Shown: positions 17,086 to 26,741 of the stretch, piece after piece
How positions within the stretch are numbered: the stretch's first letter is position 1
Layout of the letters: every line of letters begins with the position of its first letter
Virus record (IMG/VR): IMGVR_UViG_3300017989_000146
Location: 1-53,113 of that record
Reading direction: 5' to 3' (one strand)
DNA: 53,113 bases
Source of the DNA: a virus
Lineage: Duplodnaviria > Caudoviricetes
The notes under the pieces: generated by a model
Told to the model about the DNA's origin: nothing
What the model saw: only the letters and a program-made list of their open reading frames with translations
The model's database searches: none
Translations under genes and position numbers: made by a program

Positions 17086-19098
17086 ATGGCAGGTCGAGAC
17101 TACCTCGAATCCTTAATGGAAGAAGTCAAGCATTGGCTCCCAACAGAGACGTATCGCCGCCTTCACGCGCGTGCGTTTCCGAGGTCAGGCGCACGCGCTC
17201 GGTGGCGTTCTCCGTCTGGCCCTGGGTTTTTCGAGCGGCAGGTCATCGGGCAGATCGATAAGAAAATGTTCGATGGAGTTGATGACGGTGACGTCAAGGC
17301 TGCGTGGTCGTCATTGGCGTCGTGGCATAAGGCCGCGAAGAAAAAAGGCGACGACGACCTCGTCGGGAAGGTGGAGGCTGGTGCGAAGATCGTTGCCGGC
17401 GTTCTGCGGTCGAGGGATATCGATGTCGAGACGAAAAGCGGGTTGCTGTCGTCGATCGAGAAAGCGGCTGTCTCGAAAAAGTGGGAAGATGAGGACGACT
17501 GGAAACAGGTTCGTTATCGAGTCCGCAATCCTGACCTGTTCGTCGAGGGAAGTCTTCGGACCACTCCGATCGGGAAGGAAAAAGGAGTCGGCGCGATCAT
17601 GGGAAAGCTGGTCGACGGAGGGAAGTGGGCTATCCAGTCACTCCGCTTCGACAAGGATCACGGATGGACTCTTGAGAAAGCGAAGACGTGGGTCGGGGAT
17701 CACCCTGATGTCAACAAGGCAGAGGATCCGGATCGAGCGAAGCTGCTCGGCGGACTCCTTGGACGCGATGAGCCGGCTGTCGTCCAGGCATACTGGGACG
17801 CATGCTATCGTGACCATCCGAAAGAACCCGTCCCCTATGACAGCGTCGTACCGATCAAGATTACCGGTGGGTCAGATCGTTCATTGTGGCGTATCAATGA
17901 TGGATGGGGTGGGCGATATTTCCTCTACGACGATGGCAAGGCTGAGCCAGTTGCAATCAAGATGCCCGACGTCAAGGCATTCAGCTTCGAAGGCCCACTG
18001 AAACGATTCAGCGGTGACAAGGCCCTGGTCAACGCTCTCGGGTGGAGCGATAAAGCCTGGGACCGGTTTCTCGTAAAGTGGTTCACGGGGGACGGGGATG
18101 ATACTACGAAGTCCGCGTGGGCTGAGCAGTGGCAAGAGCTTCTGCCTGAGAGTGGCAACGGCAAGTTCACATGCCAGGCTAGGTTCAGAGACATCCCCGA
18201 AGAACACGTCGGGAAAAGCGCCGAAGAGCTTGCCGGCGCCGACCTCGGATTCAGTTCTGATTACGAGCTTCTTTTCACGGGTGGCGAAGCCCCGTGGGGA
18301 ATCATCGGCCATGCCTTGAATCCGACAGTCGAGAAACTCGCCGGCTGCGATGTCGAGGATGTGTACGTGGTCGTCGATGACGGTATCGTGGTCGCAGACT
18401 CGAAACCTCGTGCGCAGAAAACAGACGCTGGCTTTGACGTCATCTTCCCCCTTGACTCAGGAAATTATGACGTCGGTGTCTGCACGAAAGACGCCTTTGA
18501 AATATTCCTCGACGGAGATCACCTGGCCGGGCGACATCGTATTCTCCTGTCTGATGACGGAACATCCTGGGATATGGAAAGACCCGAGGATCAAGAGCCT
18601 ACCGCGAAGACCATGACCCTCCCTGATGTGATCGATGACGTCAAGACAGTCGGGCAGAAGCACCTGGTATGGAGCGCCCCTGGTGAAAAAGCCGAGGTCG
18701 TGGATGTTGACGAAGACCGCGTCAGGATTGGGCGATACTGCGAAATCATGAAAGCCGATGATGAGAAGCAGATCGTCTACGGTGTTGTCATGGAGCCGGA
18801 TAGCATCGATACTCAGGGGGAAGCTGCGCGAGCGGAAGAAATCGAAAAGACGGCGCATCGGTTCATGGAAATGTACCGTACTGTCGGAGATCAGCATCGA
18901 ACGAAATTCAAGGGTGGCGTCATTGTCGAGTCATGGATCACCCCAGAGGCGATGTCCTGGAACGGCCAGCAGATCAAGAAAGGCTCGTGGCTCATGGGAG
19001 TTCACATTAAAGATGCAGCAAAGTGGGCTGAGGTCAAGGACGGAAAATACACCGGGTTCAGCATCGGCGGTTGGGCTGCCAGAGAAAATAGGGGTTGA
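17086..19098 (+). CDS. multidomain head protein with C-terminal XkdF-like prohead protease domain
   Basis: C-terminal KQIVYGVVMEPD..DTQGE...H..F...H..VESW...GSW......W..VK.G.YTGFSIGG; ~550-aa N-terminal extension. Confidence 0.82.
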   Translation: MAGRDYLESLMEEVKHWLPTETYRRLHARAFPRSGARARWRSPSGPGFFERQVIGQIDKKMFDGVDDGDVKAAWSSLASWHKAAKKKGDDDLVGKVEAGAKIVAGVLRSRDIDVETKSGLLSSIEKAAVSKKWEDEDDWKQVRYRVRNPDLFVEGSLRTTPIGKEKGVGAIMGKLVDGGKWAIQSLRFDKDHGWTLEKAKTWVGDHPDVNKAEDPDRAKLLGGLLGRDEPAVVQAYWDACYRDHPKEPVPYDSVVPIKITGGSDRSLWRINDGWGGRYFLYDDGKAEPVAIKMPDVKAFSFEGPLKRFSGDKALVNALGWSDKAWDRFLVKWFTGDGDDTTKSAWAEQWQELLPESGNGKFTCQARFRDIPEEHVGKSAEELAGADLGFSSDYELLFTGGEAPWGIIGHALNPTVEKLAGCDVEDVYVVVDDGIVVADSKPRAQKTDAGFDVIFPLDSGNYDVGVCTKDAFEIFLDGDHLAGRHRILLSDDGTSWDMERPEDQEPTAKTMTLPDVIDDVKTVGQKHLVWSAPGEKAEVVDVDEDRVRIGRYCEIMKADDEKQIVYGVVMEPDSIDTQGEAARAEEIEKTAHRFMEMYRTVGDQHRTKFKGGVIVESWITPEAMSWNGQQIKKGSWLMGVHIKDAAKWAEVKDGKYTGFSIGGWAARENRG

Positions 19099-19124
19099 CA
19101 CGAAGTCCGTCGTCGTGCGATCAT
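19095..19124 (+). promoter_or_regulatory. possible sigma70 promoter for scaffold/capsid genes
   Basis: TTGACA 19095-19100, 18-nt spacer, TGc-GATCAT (weak -10). Confidence 0.3.
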
Positions 19125-19164
19125 TTTCATCGCGAAGCATAGAGACGATTGATGGAGGTTGCTC

Positions 19165-20043
19165 GTGAAACCCGCCTGGATGGTCGATATCGATACACAA
19201 GAAGTCAGCCTGGTCGACCGGGCAGCCAACAAACGAAAGTTTATCCTGTTCAAAAGCGAAGGAGGCGTCATGAAAATCGACGAGATGGTACTGAAAGCGA
19301 TCCTCGAAGGAGACCTTCCCCTCGCCGAGAAGCTCAAGTCGGTCTTCGAAGGGTGGTCCGAGAAAGCGGTCGGGGCGTTCCAGGCCGTCATGAAGCTGCT
19401 CGGTTCGTACAAGGACGAGCTGCCGGCGGACGCGCTCACGAAGTCGGCGGAGGTTCTGAAAGAGATGGGCTTCGAGCTTCCCACGGTCGAGAAGGTCGTG
19501 ACCAAGGAGGTCGAGAAGGGTGCGAAGCCGACCTGGCTGCCGGTGAAGAAAGACGACGGCAGTTACGACCTGAGCTCCATCCCGGAGGAATCCAGGCCGA
19601 TGGTCGAGATGCTCCTGAAGTCGTACGACGGGAGCGAGGACGAGATTAAGAAGCTCAACGAGAAACTCGAGAAAGCCGCGGACGAACAGGCCACCAAGGA
19701 GGCCGTCGCGAAAGCCGCCACGTTCACCCACATCCCCGAACTGTCCGCCGAGGAATTCGCGCCCGTCATCAAGGCGCTGAGCGGCGCCGACTTCGAGGCC
19801 TGGGCCAAGGTCGAATCGATCTTGAAGGCCGCGAACAAGGTGATCGAGGACGGTGAGCTGCTCAAGCAGTTCGGCAAGGATGGCATCGGGGAATCCGAGG
19901 CCGAGCGGAAGCTGGACTCGATGGCCAAGGAGCGCGTCACCAAGAGCGCCGGCGAGAAATCCTACGAGCAGGCGTACACCGAGATCCTGGACGAGAATCC
20001 GGACCTCTACGCCCAGGCGAAGAGGGAGTCGGCGTCGGCTTGA
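19165..20043 (+). CDS. capsid scaffolding protein (N-terminal EVSLVDRAAN motif; internal in-frame start at 19270)
   Basis: GGAGG then GTG 19165; second AAGGAGG+ATG at 19270; acidic helical protein ending Y.QAY...NPDLY; sits between protease and capsid genes. Confidence 0.75.
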   Translation: MKPAWMVDIDTQEVSLVDRAANKRKFILFKSEGGVMKIDEMVLKAILEGDLPLAEKLKSVFEGWSEKAVGAFQAVMKLLGSYKDELPADALTKSAEVLKEMGFELPTVEKVVTKEVEKGAKPTWLPVKKDDGSYDLSSIPEESRPMVEMLLKSYDGSEDEIKKLNEKLEKAADEQATKEAVAKAATFTHIPELSAEEFAPVIKALSGADFEAWAKVESILKAANKVIEDGELLKQFGKDGIGESEAERKLDSMAKERVTKSAGEKSYEQAYTEILDENPDLYAQAKRESASA

Positions 20044-20110
20044 TGATCGTCACCGCTACGGTGGCGTTCTCGCAGTAACCGAACGAACCTGAAAGAAGGA
20101 GGATCCGAAA

Positions 20111-20860
20111 ATGGCTTACGAGGATCTTGGAAAATGCATCAGCATGCCGGTCGCGGCCGATTCCTCGGCCTTGCAGTTTCACTTCATGAAAGCCAGTACC
20201 GACAGCCCGTCGAAGCTGGCCGTCTGCGGGGATGGTGAGCGTGGCCTCGGCATCCTGCAGAACAACCCCGACGCCGCCGACAAGATCGGAAATGCGATGA
20301 TCGGGGCCGGAATCTCGAAGGTCGTCTACGGCGGTTCCATCACGGCTGGCGATGACCTGGCATGTGACGCCAATGGTCACGCGGTCACGGCGACCGGAAG
20401 CGACGCGGTCCTTGCGATTGCCCTGGTCACCGGCACCTCAGGAGACATCCACCCCTGCATCCTGCTCCCGAAGACGGCGGAAGGGTATCAGCAGTCCTTC
20501 TTCGTCTACCGGACGACCCTGGCCAGCCTCGCCAGCGCCGACCTCATCACCGCCATGACCCCCGGCTTCGCCGGTCGCATCCTGAAGATGTATGCCATCA
20601 CGAAGGTGGTCACCACCGACGCCGACGCCGAGGCTGCCATCAATCTCGAAATCGGGACCACCGACCTGACCGGAGGTGTCCTGACGATCGGTGATACCGC
20701 CGATGGTGACGCGGCCCCCGACGCGGTCGGGAAGGTCATCGAGGCGACGGCGATCACGGCCGCGAATACCTTCACGGCCACCGACACCATCTCGATGGAA
20801 TGCGTCGTCACCGATGCGCACTCCGACGGTGAGGTCGACATCGTGATCGTGTTCGGCTGA
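20111..20860 (+). CDS. capsid decoration/cement protein (DUF2190-like N-domain plus extra C-domain)
   Basis: GILQN.P......G.SKV..G..I.AGD.L..DA.G.AV; position before MCP; AAGGAGG RBS. Confidence 0.75.
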   Translation: MAYEDLGKCISMPVAADSSALQFHFMKASTDSPSKLAVCGDGERGLGILQNNPDAADKIGNAMIGAGISKVVYGGSITAGDDLACDANGHAVTATGSDAVLAIALVTGTSGDIHPCILLPKTAEGYQQSFFVYRTTLASLASADLITAMTPGFAGRILKMYAITKVVTTDADAEAAINLEIGTTDLTGGVLTIGDTADGDAAPDAVGKVIEATAITAANTFTATDTISMECVVTDAHSDGEVDIVIVFG

Positions 20861-20918
20861 TCCGGTTCATTGAACCAGATCGTCGGCTTAATATATTGAC
20901 GAAAAGGAGGATCGAAAA

Positions 20919-21905
20919 ATGCCTCAGCCTACCGCAAGTGACGTCCACTACAGCAGGCCGCTGACGAACATCAGCGTCGCGTACCTGCAGTCGCTGGACA
21001 CGTTCATCGCCTCGAAGGTGTTCCCCGTCGTACCGGTTTCGAAACAGGGCAACCGCTACACGACCTACGAGAAGTCGTACTGGAATCGGATCGTCGCGCA
21101 GAAACGCACCCCCGCCACCGCGTCTGCCGGCGGAGGGTACGGGGTCAACAATGACAACTCGTATTACTGCGACGTCTGGGCGCTCCACAAGGACGTCGAC
21201 GACGAAACCCGGGCCAACTCCGACGACCAGATCAACCCCGACCGGGATGCGACCGAGTACGTCTCCCGAAACCTGATGCTCGCGAAGGAGAACGACTGGA
21301 CGTCGGCCTACTTCACCACGGGCATCTGGACCGGAGATCAGACTGGCGTCTCCTCCGGTCCGAGCACGAACGAGTTTCTCCAGTGGAACGACGCCAGCTC
21401 GACGCCGATCAAGAACATCCAGGATCAGCTCGACATCGTCCAGCAGCGTACCGGTTTCCGCCCGAACAAGCTCGTCCTCGGCCCCCAGGTCTTCACGGCC
21501 CTGAAGGACAATCCTGACATCCTCGACCGGATCAAGTACTCGCAGCGTGGCGTCATCACGCGCGATATCCTGGCCATGCTCTTCGAGGTCGATGAGGTCC
21601 TGGTGCCGTACGGCATCTACACCACGACCGACGAAGGCGTCGTCGAGGCCTCCCAGGAGTATTCATTCTTCTTCGGGAAAGCCGCCCTCCTGATCTATGC
21701 CGCGCCGAACCCCGGACTGCTCATCCCGTCCGGTGGATACACCTTCGCGTGGACCGGTCTGCTCGGTGCCTCGGCCATGGGTCACCGGATGACCACCTTC
21801 CGCATGAAGGAGCTGAAGGCGGATCGCGTCGAGGGTGAGATGGCGTTCGATCAGAAGGTCATCGCCGCCGATCTCGGTGTGTTCTTCGTGAGTGCCGTGG
21901 CCTGA
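20919..21905 (+). CDS. major capsid protein (lambda gpE-like family)
   Basis: MPQPTASDVH...LTNISVAY.Q..FIA..VFP.VPV.K, PNKLVLG..V..AL..NP.I..RIKY, PS.GYTF.W; strong codon bias. Confidence 0.92.
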   Translation: MPQPTASDVHYSRPLTNISVAYLQSLDTFIASKVFPVVPVSKQGNRYTTYEKSYWNRIVAQKRTPATASAGGGYGVNNDNSYYCDVWALHKDVDDETRANSDDQINPDRDATEYVSRNLMLAKENDWTSAYFTTGIWTGDQTGVSSGPSTNEFLQWNDASSTPIKNIQDQLDIVQQRTGFRPNKLVLGPQVFTALKDNPDILDRIKYSQRGVITRDILAMLFEVDEVLVPYGIYTTTDEGVVEASQEYSFFFGKAALLIYAAPNPGLLIPSGGYTFAWTGLLGASAMGHRMTTFRMKELKADRVEGEMAFDQKVIAADLGVFFVSAVA

Positions 21906-21924
21906 TCGGCCTGAAAGGAAACCC

Positions 21925-21985
21925 GGGCGACAAGGCCGGTGTTCTCGGTGGTGGCTGCCCCTCCGCCGAGACGCCGGCCTCGCCC
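21925..21985 (+). terminator. long GC-rich hairpin after the capsid gene (attenuator/terminator)
   Basis: GGGCGA..AGGCCGGTGTT.CTCGGTGG / CCGCCGAG.ACGCCGGCCT.CGCCC. Confidence 0.45.
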
Positions 21986-22020
21986 ACATAAGTCAACCAT
22001 GAATGGGAGGGGCATCAGCC

Positions 22021-22437
22021 ATGCCTTGGTATGCACGAAGGGAAATGACGCTGAACGGCGAAAAGGTTCACGGACCATCGCCCGACAATCCACTCGGTAC
22101 TCTCATTCCTGATGCCGAGAAGCTGCCTACCTTCCGCGCCTTGAAGGGGTCCAACTTCATCGTGTTCCATGAAGGGGATCCTCCGAAGGTAGAGGCTCCC
22201 AAGGTCGATCCCCCGGCACCGCCTCCCGAGGAAAAGCCCCCGGCACCGCCTCCCGAGGAAAAGCCCCTGGCACCGCCTCCCGAGGAAAAACCCCCGGCGG
22301 AATCGGACGGAGCGAAAGACAAGTCGCCGGCAGCCAAGAAAGAGCCGGCTGAGAAAGCTCCCCAAAGGTCGTCGAAGAAAAAGACGGTCAAGAAAACCGG
22401 CGGCAGAGGTCGAAAGGCCGGGAGCAAGACGAAGTGA
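22021..22437 (+). CDS. Pro/Lys-rich hypothetical protein
   Basis: GGGAGG RBS; (PPAPPPEEK)x3 and histone-like Lys-rich tail. Confidence 0.7.
   Translation: MPWYARREMTLNGEKVHGPSPDNPLGTLIPDAEKLPTFRALKGSNFIVFHEGDPPKVEAPKVDPPAPPPEEKPPAPPPEEKPLAPPPEEKPPAESDGAKDKSPAAKKEPAEKAPQRSSKKKTVKKTGGRGRKAGSKTK
22210..22298 (+). repeat. 27-bp in-frame tandem repeat x3.3
   Basis: CCCCCGGCACCGCCTCCCGAGGAAAAG units at 22210, 22237, 22264. Confidence 0.92.
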
Positions 22438-22449
22438 TCGAGGAGTGCG

Positions 22450-22902
22450 ATGTCTTGGACTTATACCGGAAACCCTGGCGCGTCGACGAAGGACGAGCTA
22501 CGATTCATCGTCGGCGACACGGACTCGACGAGGCAGCTCCTCCAAGACGCTGAGGTGTGGTTCCTCCTCAGCCAGCATAACGACTCTCCGAAGGCCGCGG
22601 CGATCTCCGCCGTCCGGGCCATTCTCTCGAAGCTGTCTAGGCGTGTCGATCAGACGACGGGCAAGGTCAGCGTCAAGCTGTCCCAGGCACACAAACACTA
22701 TACTGACATGCTCGACGAGATGCAGCGCCAGCTCGGACTTTCCGGGGTGGATGCTATCGCCGGTGGTATCAGCATCAGCGACAAGGATGGGGTGGAGGTG
22801 GATAGCGACCGCGTCCCCCCGATCTTTGAGAAAAAGATGCATGACAATGACCGTGAGGGTGATCTGAAAGAACGGCCATCCTGGGGTGCGTGTGATGAAT
22901 AA
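22450..22902 (+). CDS. head-tail connector/adaptor protein
   Basis: MSWTY.G.P....D..RF..GDTD....L.D.E; position after MCP. Confidence 0.75.
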   Translation: MSWTYTGNPGASTKDELRFIVGDTDSTRQLLQDAEVWFLLSQHNDSPKAAAISAVRAILSKLSRRVDQTTGKVSVKLSQAHKHYTDMLDEMQRQLGLSGVDAIAGGISISDKDGVEVDSDRVPPIFEKKMHDNDREGDLKERPSWGACDE

Positions 22903-23347
22903 AACCGAGGATAAAGATCGAGGCCGAAAGCGAATCCTCAAAGACCTGGACGTCATTGACAACGCCCATGTTCTTGTTGGGCTGTTCGCTGATGCGCAGT
23001 ATGATGACGGGCTGTCAGTCGCTGAAATCATGGCGGTTCATGAATACGGTTCGAAGGATGGGAAAATTCCAGAGCGTTCGTTCATTCGGTCAACTGACGC
23101 TGAGAAAGATACAGTGTTCGAGCAGACTCGGAAGGAAATGCTCAGCGATGTTTTGCGTGGAGTGACGGGGGTCAGAGGGGCCCTCATGATCATCGGAGAG
23201 GAAGTCAGGGCAGCCTACGTTGAAAAAATCAAATCAGGTGTCGAGCCAGAGCTGGCCGAGGTCACGAAGGAGCGCAAGGGATCCAGCTTGCCGCTCGTCG
23301 ATACCGGGACTGCGCTGAATAGCATCAAGCAGCGCGTGGTGATGTGA
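22895..23347 (+). CDS. neck/virion morphogenesis protein
   Basis: VG......A..HEYG....IPERSFIR...KGSS.PLVDTG. Confidence 0.8.
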   Translation: MNKTEDKDRGRKRILKDLDVIDNAHVLVGLFADAQYDDGLSVAEIMAVHEYGSKDGKIPERSFIRSTDAEKDTVFEQTRKEMLSDVLRGVTGVRGALMIIGEEVRAAYVEKIKSGVEPELAEVTKERKGSSLPLVDTGTALNSIKQRVVM

Positions 23348-23709
23348 TGGCCAGCCTGATTCAGGAAATAGAGGATTGGTTCGGGGACGTTACGCTGAAA
23401 AGGGCGACCGTCGCAGAGGGATATACTGATGGAAGACGAAATGCACGAACGCGGTCAGACGTCCCCATCACAGCTTGCGTTCAGCAGCCGAATCCTGAAG
23501 ACCTGCTCCAGTTTCCCGAGGGGCTGAGAACGAAGAAGTGGATTCTCGTTATCAGTGAAGATGAAATTCGCGGTCAGGATGACGAAAATGATATGCCGGC
23601 GGATCTGGTTTCTTGGGAGGGTGAAGACTACGAAGTCCAGCGAGTCGAAGACTGGCTTCATGTTGATATCGATCATTACGAAGCCTACGCCGTGAGAAAA
23701 CAGGAGTGA
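23347..23709 (+). CDS. head closure/stopper protein
   Basis: A.VQ......L..PEG.R, D.V.W.G..YEV; neck module position. Confidence 0.7.
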   Translation: MASLIQEIEDWFGDVTLKRATVAEGYTDGRRNARTRSDVPITACVQQPNPEDLLQFPEGLRTKKWILVISEDEIRGQDDENDMPADLVSWEGEDYEVQRVEDWLHVDIDHYEAYAVRKQE

Positions 23710-23713
23710 ATCG

Positions 23714-24196
23714 ATGCGGAAACGATTAGGAATTGACTGGAAAGAGGATCTGGCCAGGCGCGGACAACAGTTTTTCTTTCACTTCATGGATTCCATCGCC
23801 GCCGAGGGCGACTCCATTCTTCAGTTGAAAAATCCCAACGGGAAAAGCATCTTCGTCGAGGTCCCGGTGATTCTCTCGGCCGGCGCCGATATCACAGCGG
23901 CCTTCGCGGCACTATCAGCGATCATCGATGGTGATGCAATCGAGGACCCTCCATTCAACACCGCTCCCGCCAAAAGCGTGACGAGTCCATTGACGATGCT
24001 GGAAAGCCCGACCATCTCAGAGGACGATATCACGATGGTGATGGAAGAGCTGCCGGCCGTGGCGAATGCCGAAGCCTATCCAGGAATCTACCTCGACCCG
24101 GATGCCAACTACATCATCTCTGCTGAGAATGGAAACGAGTCCGAGGAACAGGATGTCAGTATCCTGGTCATTTACTATCTTCTTGACGACGAGTGA
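23714..24196 (+). CDS. hypothetical acidic virion-region protein
   Basis: AGGAG RBS; open 160-aa frame within neck genes. Confidence 0.6.
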   Translation: MRKRLGIDWKEDLARRGQQFFFHFMDSIAAEGDSILQLKNPNGKSIFVEVPVILSAGADITAAFAALSAIIDGDAIEDPPFNTAPAKSVTSPLTMLESPTISEDDITMVMEELPAVANAEAYPGIYLDPDANYIISAENGNESEEQDVSILVIYYLLDDE

Positions 24197-24209
24197 AAGG
24201 AAAATCGCA

Positions 24210-24497
24210 ATGGTGATTGTCAGAAAAAAGACGCCTGGCGCCGATCAGTATGATGTTGATGGAGAAAGCATCGTTATCAGCGGTCGTGTCAGGATCAAGA
24301 ACGAGACGTGGAACAGGTTGCGCGAACTGTATTCCGACAGAATCAATCCGTTCATCAAGGAAAGGGAATACATCGTGTCTGTTGAAAAATCCCGGTTCCT
24401 GAAACCTTCTCCGCTGGCAGAGCCTGGGGGGAATGAATCCTCTGGGGATGATACTGTGAGCGCCGACGAGGCCAAAGAGGATGGTAATCAGGACTGA
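24210..24497 (+). CDS. hypothetical protein
   Basis: AAAGGA RBS before ATG 24210. Confidence 0.55.
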   Translation: MVIVRKKTPGADQYDVDGESIVISGRVRIKNETWNRLRELYSDRINPFIKEREYIVSVEKSRFLKPSPLAEPGGNESSGDDTVSADEAKEDGNQD

Positions 24498-25296
24498 CAT
24501 AGAGAACGTTCTGCGAGCCTGGTTCGTTTCGGTCACAGGACTCTCGAGAGTCATCTTCGCTGATCAGGGTGGAGCGCGGCCAGATAAACCGTATGGCACC
24601 CTGAAGGTAATGACGGGCCTTGTCCGTCTGTCTTCTCATGATGATCGGAGAATGCCGAAAGAAGATGATGACAGTCGGCAGATGCAAGTCACCGGGCTTC
24701 GCAACGTCTCTCTTTCATGCCAGGTTTTCGGTGATGGGGCCGTTGATTATCTGAACCAGGCCCAAGCGTCATTCGGGAAACCGAGTGTCTTCGAATCTCT
24801 TTTTTGGCGAAGTCATGAAGCCGTCCTCTCTGTCGATGATGTGCAGGATTCGACGGTATATATGATCACGGTGAATGGGGCTGCTATCTCAATCACCTCG
24901 GGTATCGGGGCTACGGCTGGCTCAATCAGGACAGCGCTCCTGGCCGAGTTCGCTAATGTCACGATTCCTCATGCTGTTGTTGAAATGGAAGAGGATGGGA
25001 CGACGCTGGTCGTAACATCCAAGAAAGAAATCGACGTTGCTGTTACAGCGAACCTGTCGATCGATAGTGAAACGACGGGCGTCAGGCTGGCCTATATCGA
25101 AGATACTGGCGTGAATGACTTGACGGCCCTTCTTGAAGTCGGATATGAAGCGAGAGCGCAGATGGATGCGACGTTCCACGTGACCTCGATGGTTACTGAT
25201 GATCCGAGCACCATCGACACCGTAAATGTCCAGCAGACGATTCTCGATCCATCAGGGTCGACAGTCGAGCAGGACACATTCGAAGTGACCGTTTAA
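24481..25296 (+). CDS. tail terminator/neck protein with an inserted domain
   Basis: VIFADQ...RP..PY, G.R.....Q.FG, DLTALL...YE.RA..D; immediately before the sheath. Confidence 0.72.
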   Translation: MVIRTDIENVLRAWFVSVTGLSRVIFADQGGARPDKPYGTLKVMTGLVRLSSHDDRRMPKEDDDSRQMQVTGLRNVSLSCQVFGDGAVDYLNQAQASFGKPSVFESLFWRSHEAVLSVDDVQDSTVYMITVNGAAISITSGIGATAGSIRTALLAEFANVTIPHAVVEMEEDGTTLVVTSKKEIDVAVTANLSIDSETTGVRLAYIEDTGVNDLTALLEVGYEARAQMDATFHVTSMVTDDPSTIDTVNVQQTILDPSGSTVEQDTFEVTV

Positions 25297-25311
25297 CCGG
25301 GAGGTATGACC

Positions 25312-26709
25312 ATGGCAGGAATCGATGACATCGTGAGCGTTTCGATCACCAGAGAAACGATCGGCGTGTCCAGGGCCGGTTTCGGAACGATGCTCATTCT
25401 GGACAGCCATTTCAAGTTCGCAGAGCCGGTGAGATCGTATACCGACATGACCGGCGTGGCTGAGGATTTCAGCTCGTCTGACGTCGCCTACGCGGCTGCC
25501 CAGGCTGCGTTCGGGGCGTCTCCGAGGGTAACGTCTCTCAAGGTCGCCAATCGCGGCCATCAGGGCGCGAATGTCGAGGTGACGACGAACACTGTCGGGG
25601 CCACCTACACCTTGAAGATATTCGCGGACGGAACCCTTTACACCGTTACCGCGACCGGGGCCGCGTCTGCCGCACTCACCGTCGACGCCATCATCACGGC
25701 GATCGGGCTGGTATCAGGGTTGTCGTCTCTCGTCTCGACCACGGACAATGGGAGCGACTTCGATATTGATATCGACGGGAGCTGCGTGGGATTCACGCTT
25801 TACGCCGATTCGAAGATGACCTGTACCCACGGATCCGCGACTTACACCGACGAGCCGGATGGCGCCGATCCTGCGCCGATGCCCATCTCCGACTCACTCG
25901 ACATGATCAAGCTCTACGATCCCGACTGGTACGTCCTGGCCCTCACGAGCCGATATCCGGATGACCAGGAAAACGCGGCGACGTGGACGGAGTCCGAGTA
26001 CAGGATGTGCATCCTGGCCACCGCCGACGCGAATGTCCTCGACGCGTCCGACACGAGTGATATCGCCTATATCCTCAGCGCGGCCTCTCGGACGCGGACA
26101 TTCGTCATCTACCAGAGTCAGACCGACTCGGGAGACTCGTACATCAATGACGGGGCCGATGAAGAGTGGCCCGACGTCGCATGGCTCGGGAAGTGTCTGC
26201 CCTACGACCTCGATACCGAGACGATCACCTGGAAATTCAAGACCCTCTCTGGCGTCACGGCAGACTCGCTCACCGCGACCGAGAAGGCGGCGGCCGAGGG
26301 GAAATCGTGCAACATTTACATCGAGGTCGGCGGTGTCAACATCACGACCGAAGGGGTCGTTGCCGAGGGCGAATACATCGACGTCATTCATGGCATCGAC
26401 TGGTTGCGCGCGCGCCTGCAGGAGGACGTCTACGAGACCCTCGTGAACAAGCAGAAGGTCCCCTATACGAATGCCGGCATTTCGATGGTCGAGAACCGTG
26501 TCCGGGCGCGGTTGAACTACGCGATCGGAACGGGATTCCTGGCGTTCGATTCTACCCTCGGTGAACTCGGCTATCGCGTCGAGACGCCTGATATCACCGA
26601 CGTCCCGTCCGCGGACAAGATCTCCCGGACGCTGAACAACGTGAAATTCTCGGGAACTCTCGCCGGCGCGATCCACGCCGTCACGATAACCGGTTCCGTC
26701 GCGGTGTGA
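25312..26709 (+). CDS. contractile tail sheath protein (DUF3383-like)
   Basis: IV.V.I.RET......GFG..LI, TWKFKTL.GV, N.Y....G..IT..G....GEYID...G.DWL, KVPYT..GI, LAGAIH.V.I.G.V. Confidence 0.92.
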   Translation: MAGIDDIVSVSITRETIGVSRAGFGTMLILDSHFKFAEPVRSYTDMTGVAEDFSSSDVAYAAAQAAFGASPRVTSLKVANRGHQGANVEVTTNTVGATYTLKIFADGTLYTVTATGAASAALTVDAIITAIGLVSGLSSLVSTTDNGSDFDIDIDGSCVGFTLYADSKMTCTHGSATYTDEPDGADPAPMPISDSLDMIKLYDPDWYVLALTSRYPDDQENAATWTESEYRMCILATADANVLDASDTSDIAYILSAASRTRTFVIYQSQTDSGDSYINDGADEEWPDVAWLGKCLPYDLDTETITWKFKTLSGVTADSLTATEKAAAEGKSCNIYIEVGGVNITTEGVVAEGEYIDVIHGIDWLRARLQEDVYETLVNKQKVPYTNAGISMVENRVRARLNYAIGTGFLAFDSTLGELGYRVETPDITDVPSADKISRTLNNVKFSGTLAGAIHAVTITGSVAV

Positions 26710-26741
26710 CGGTGACCCTTTAAGGAAGAGGAGGAACAGCT

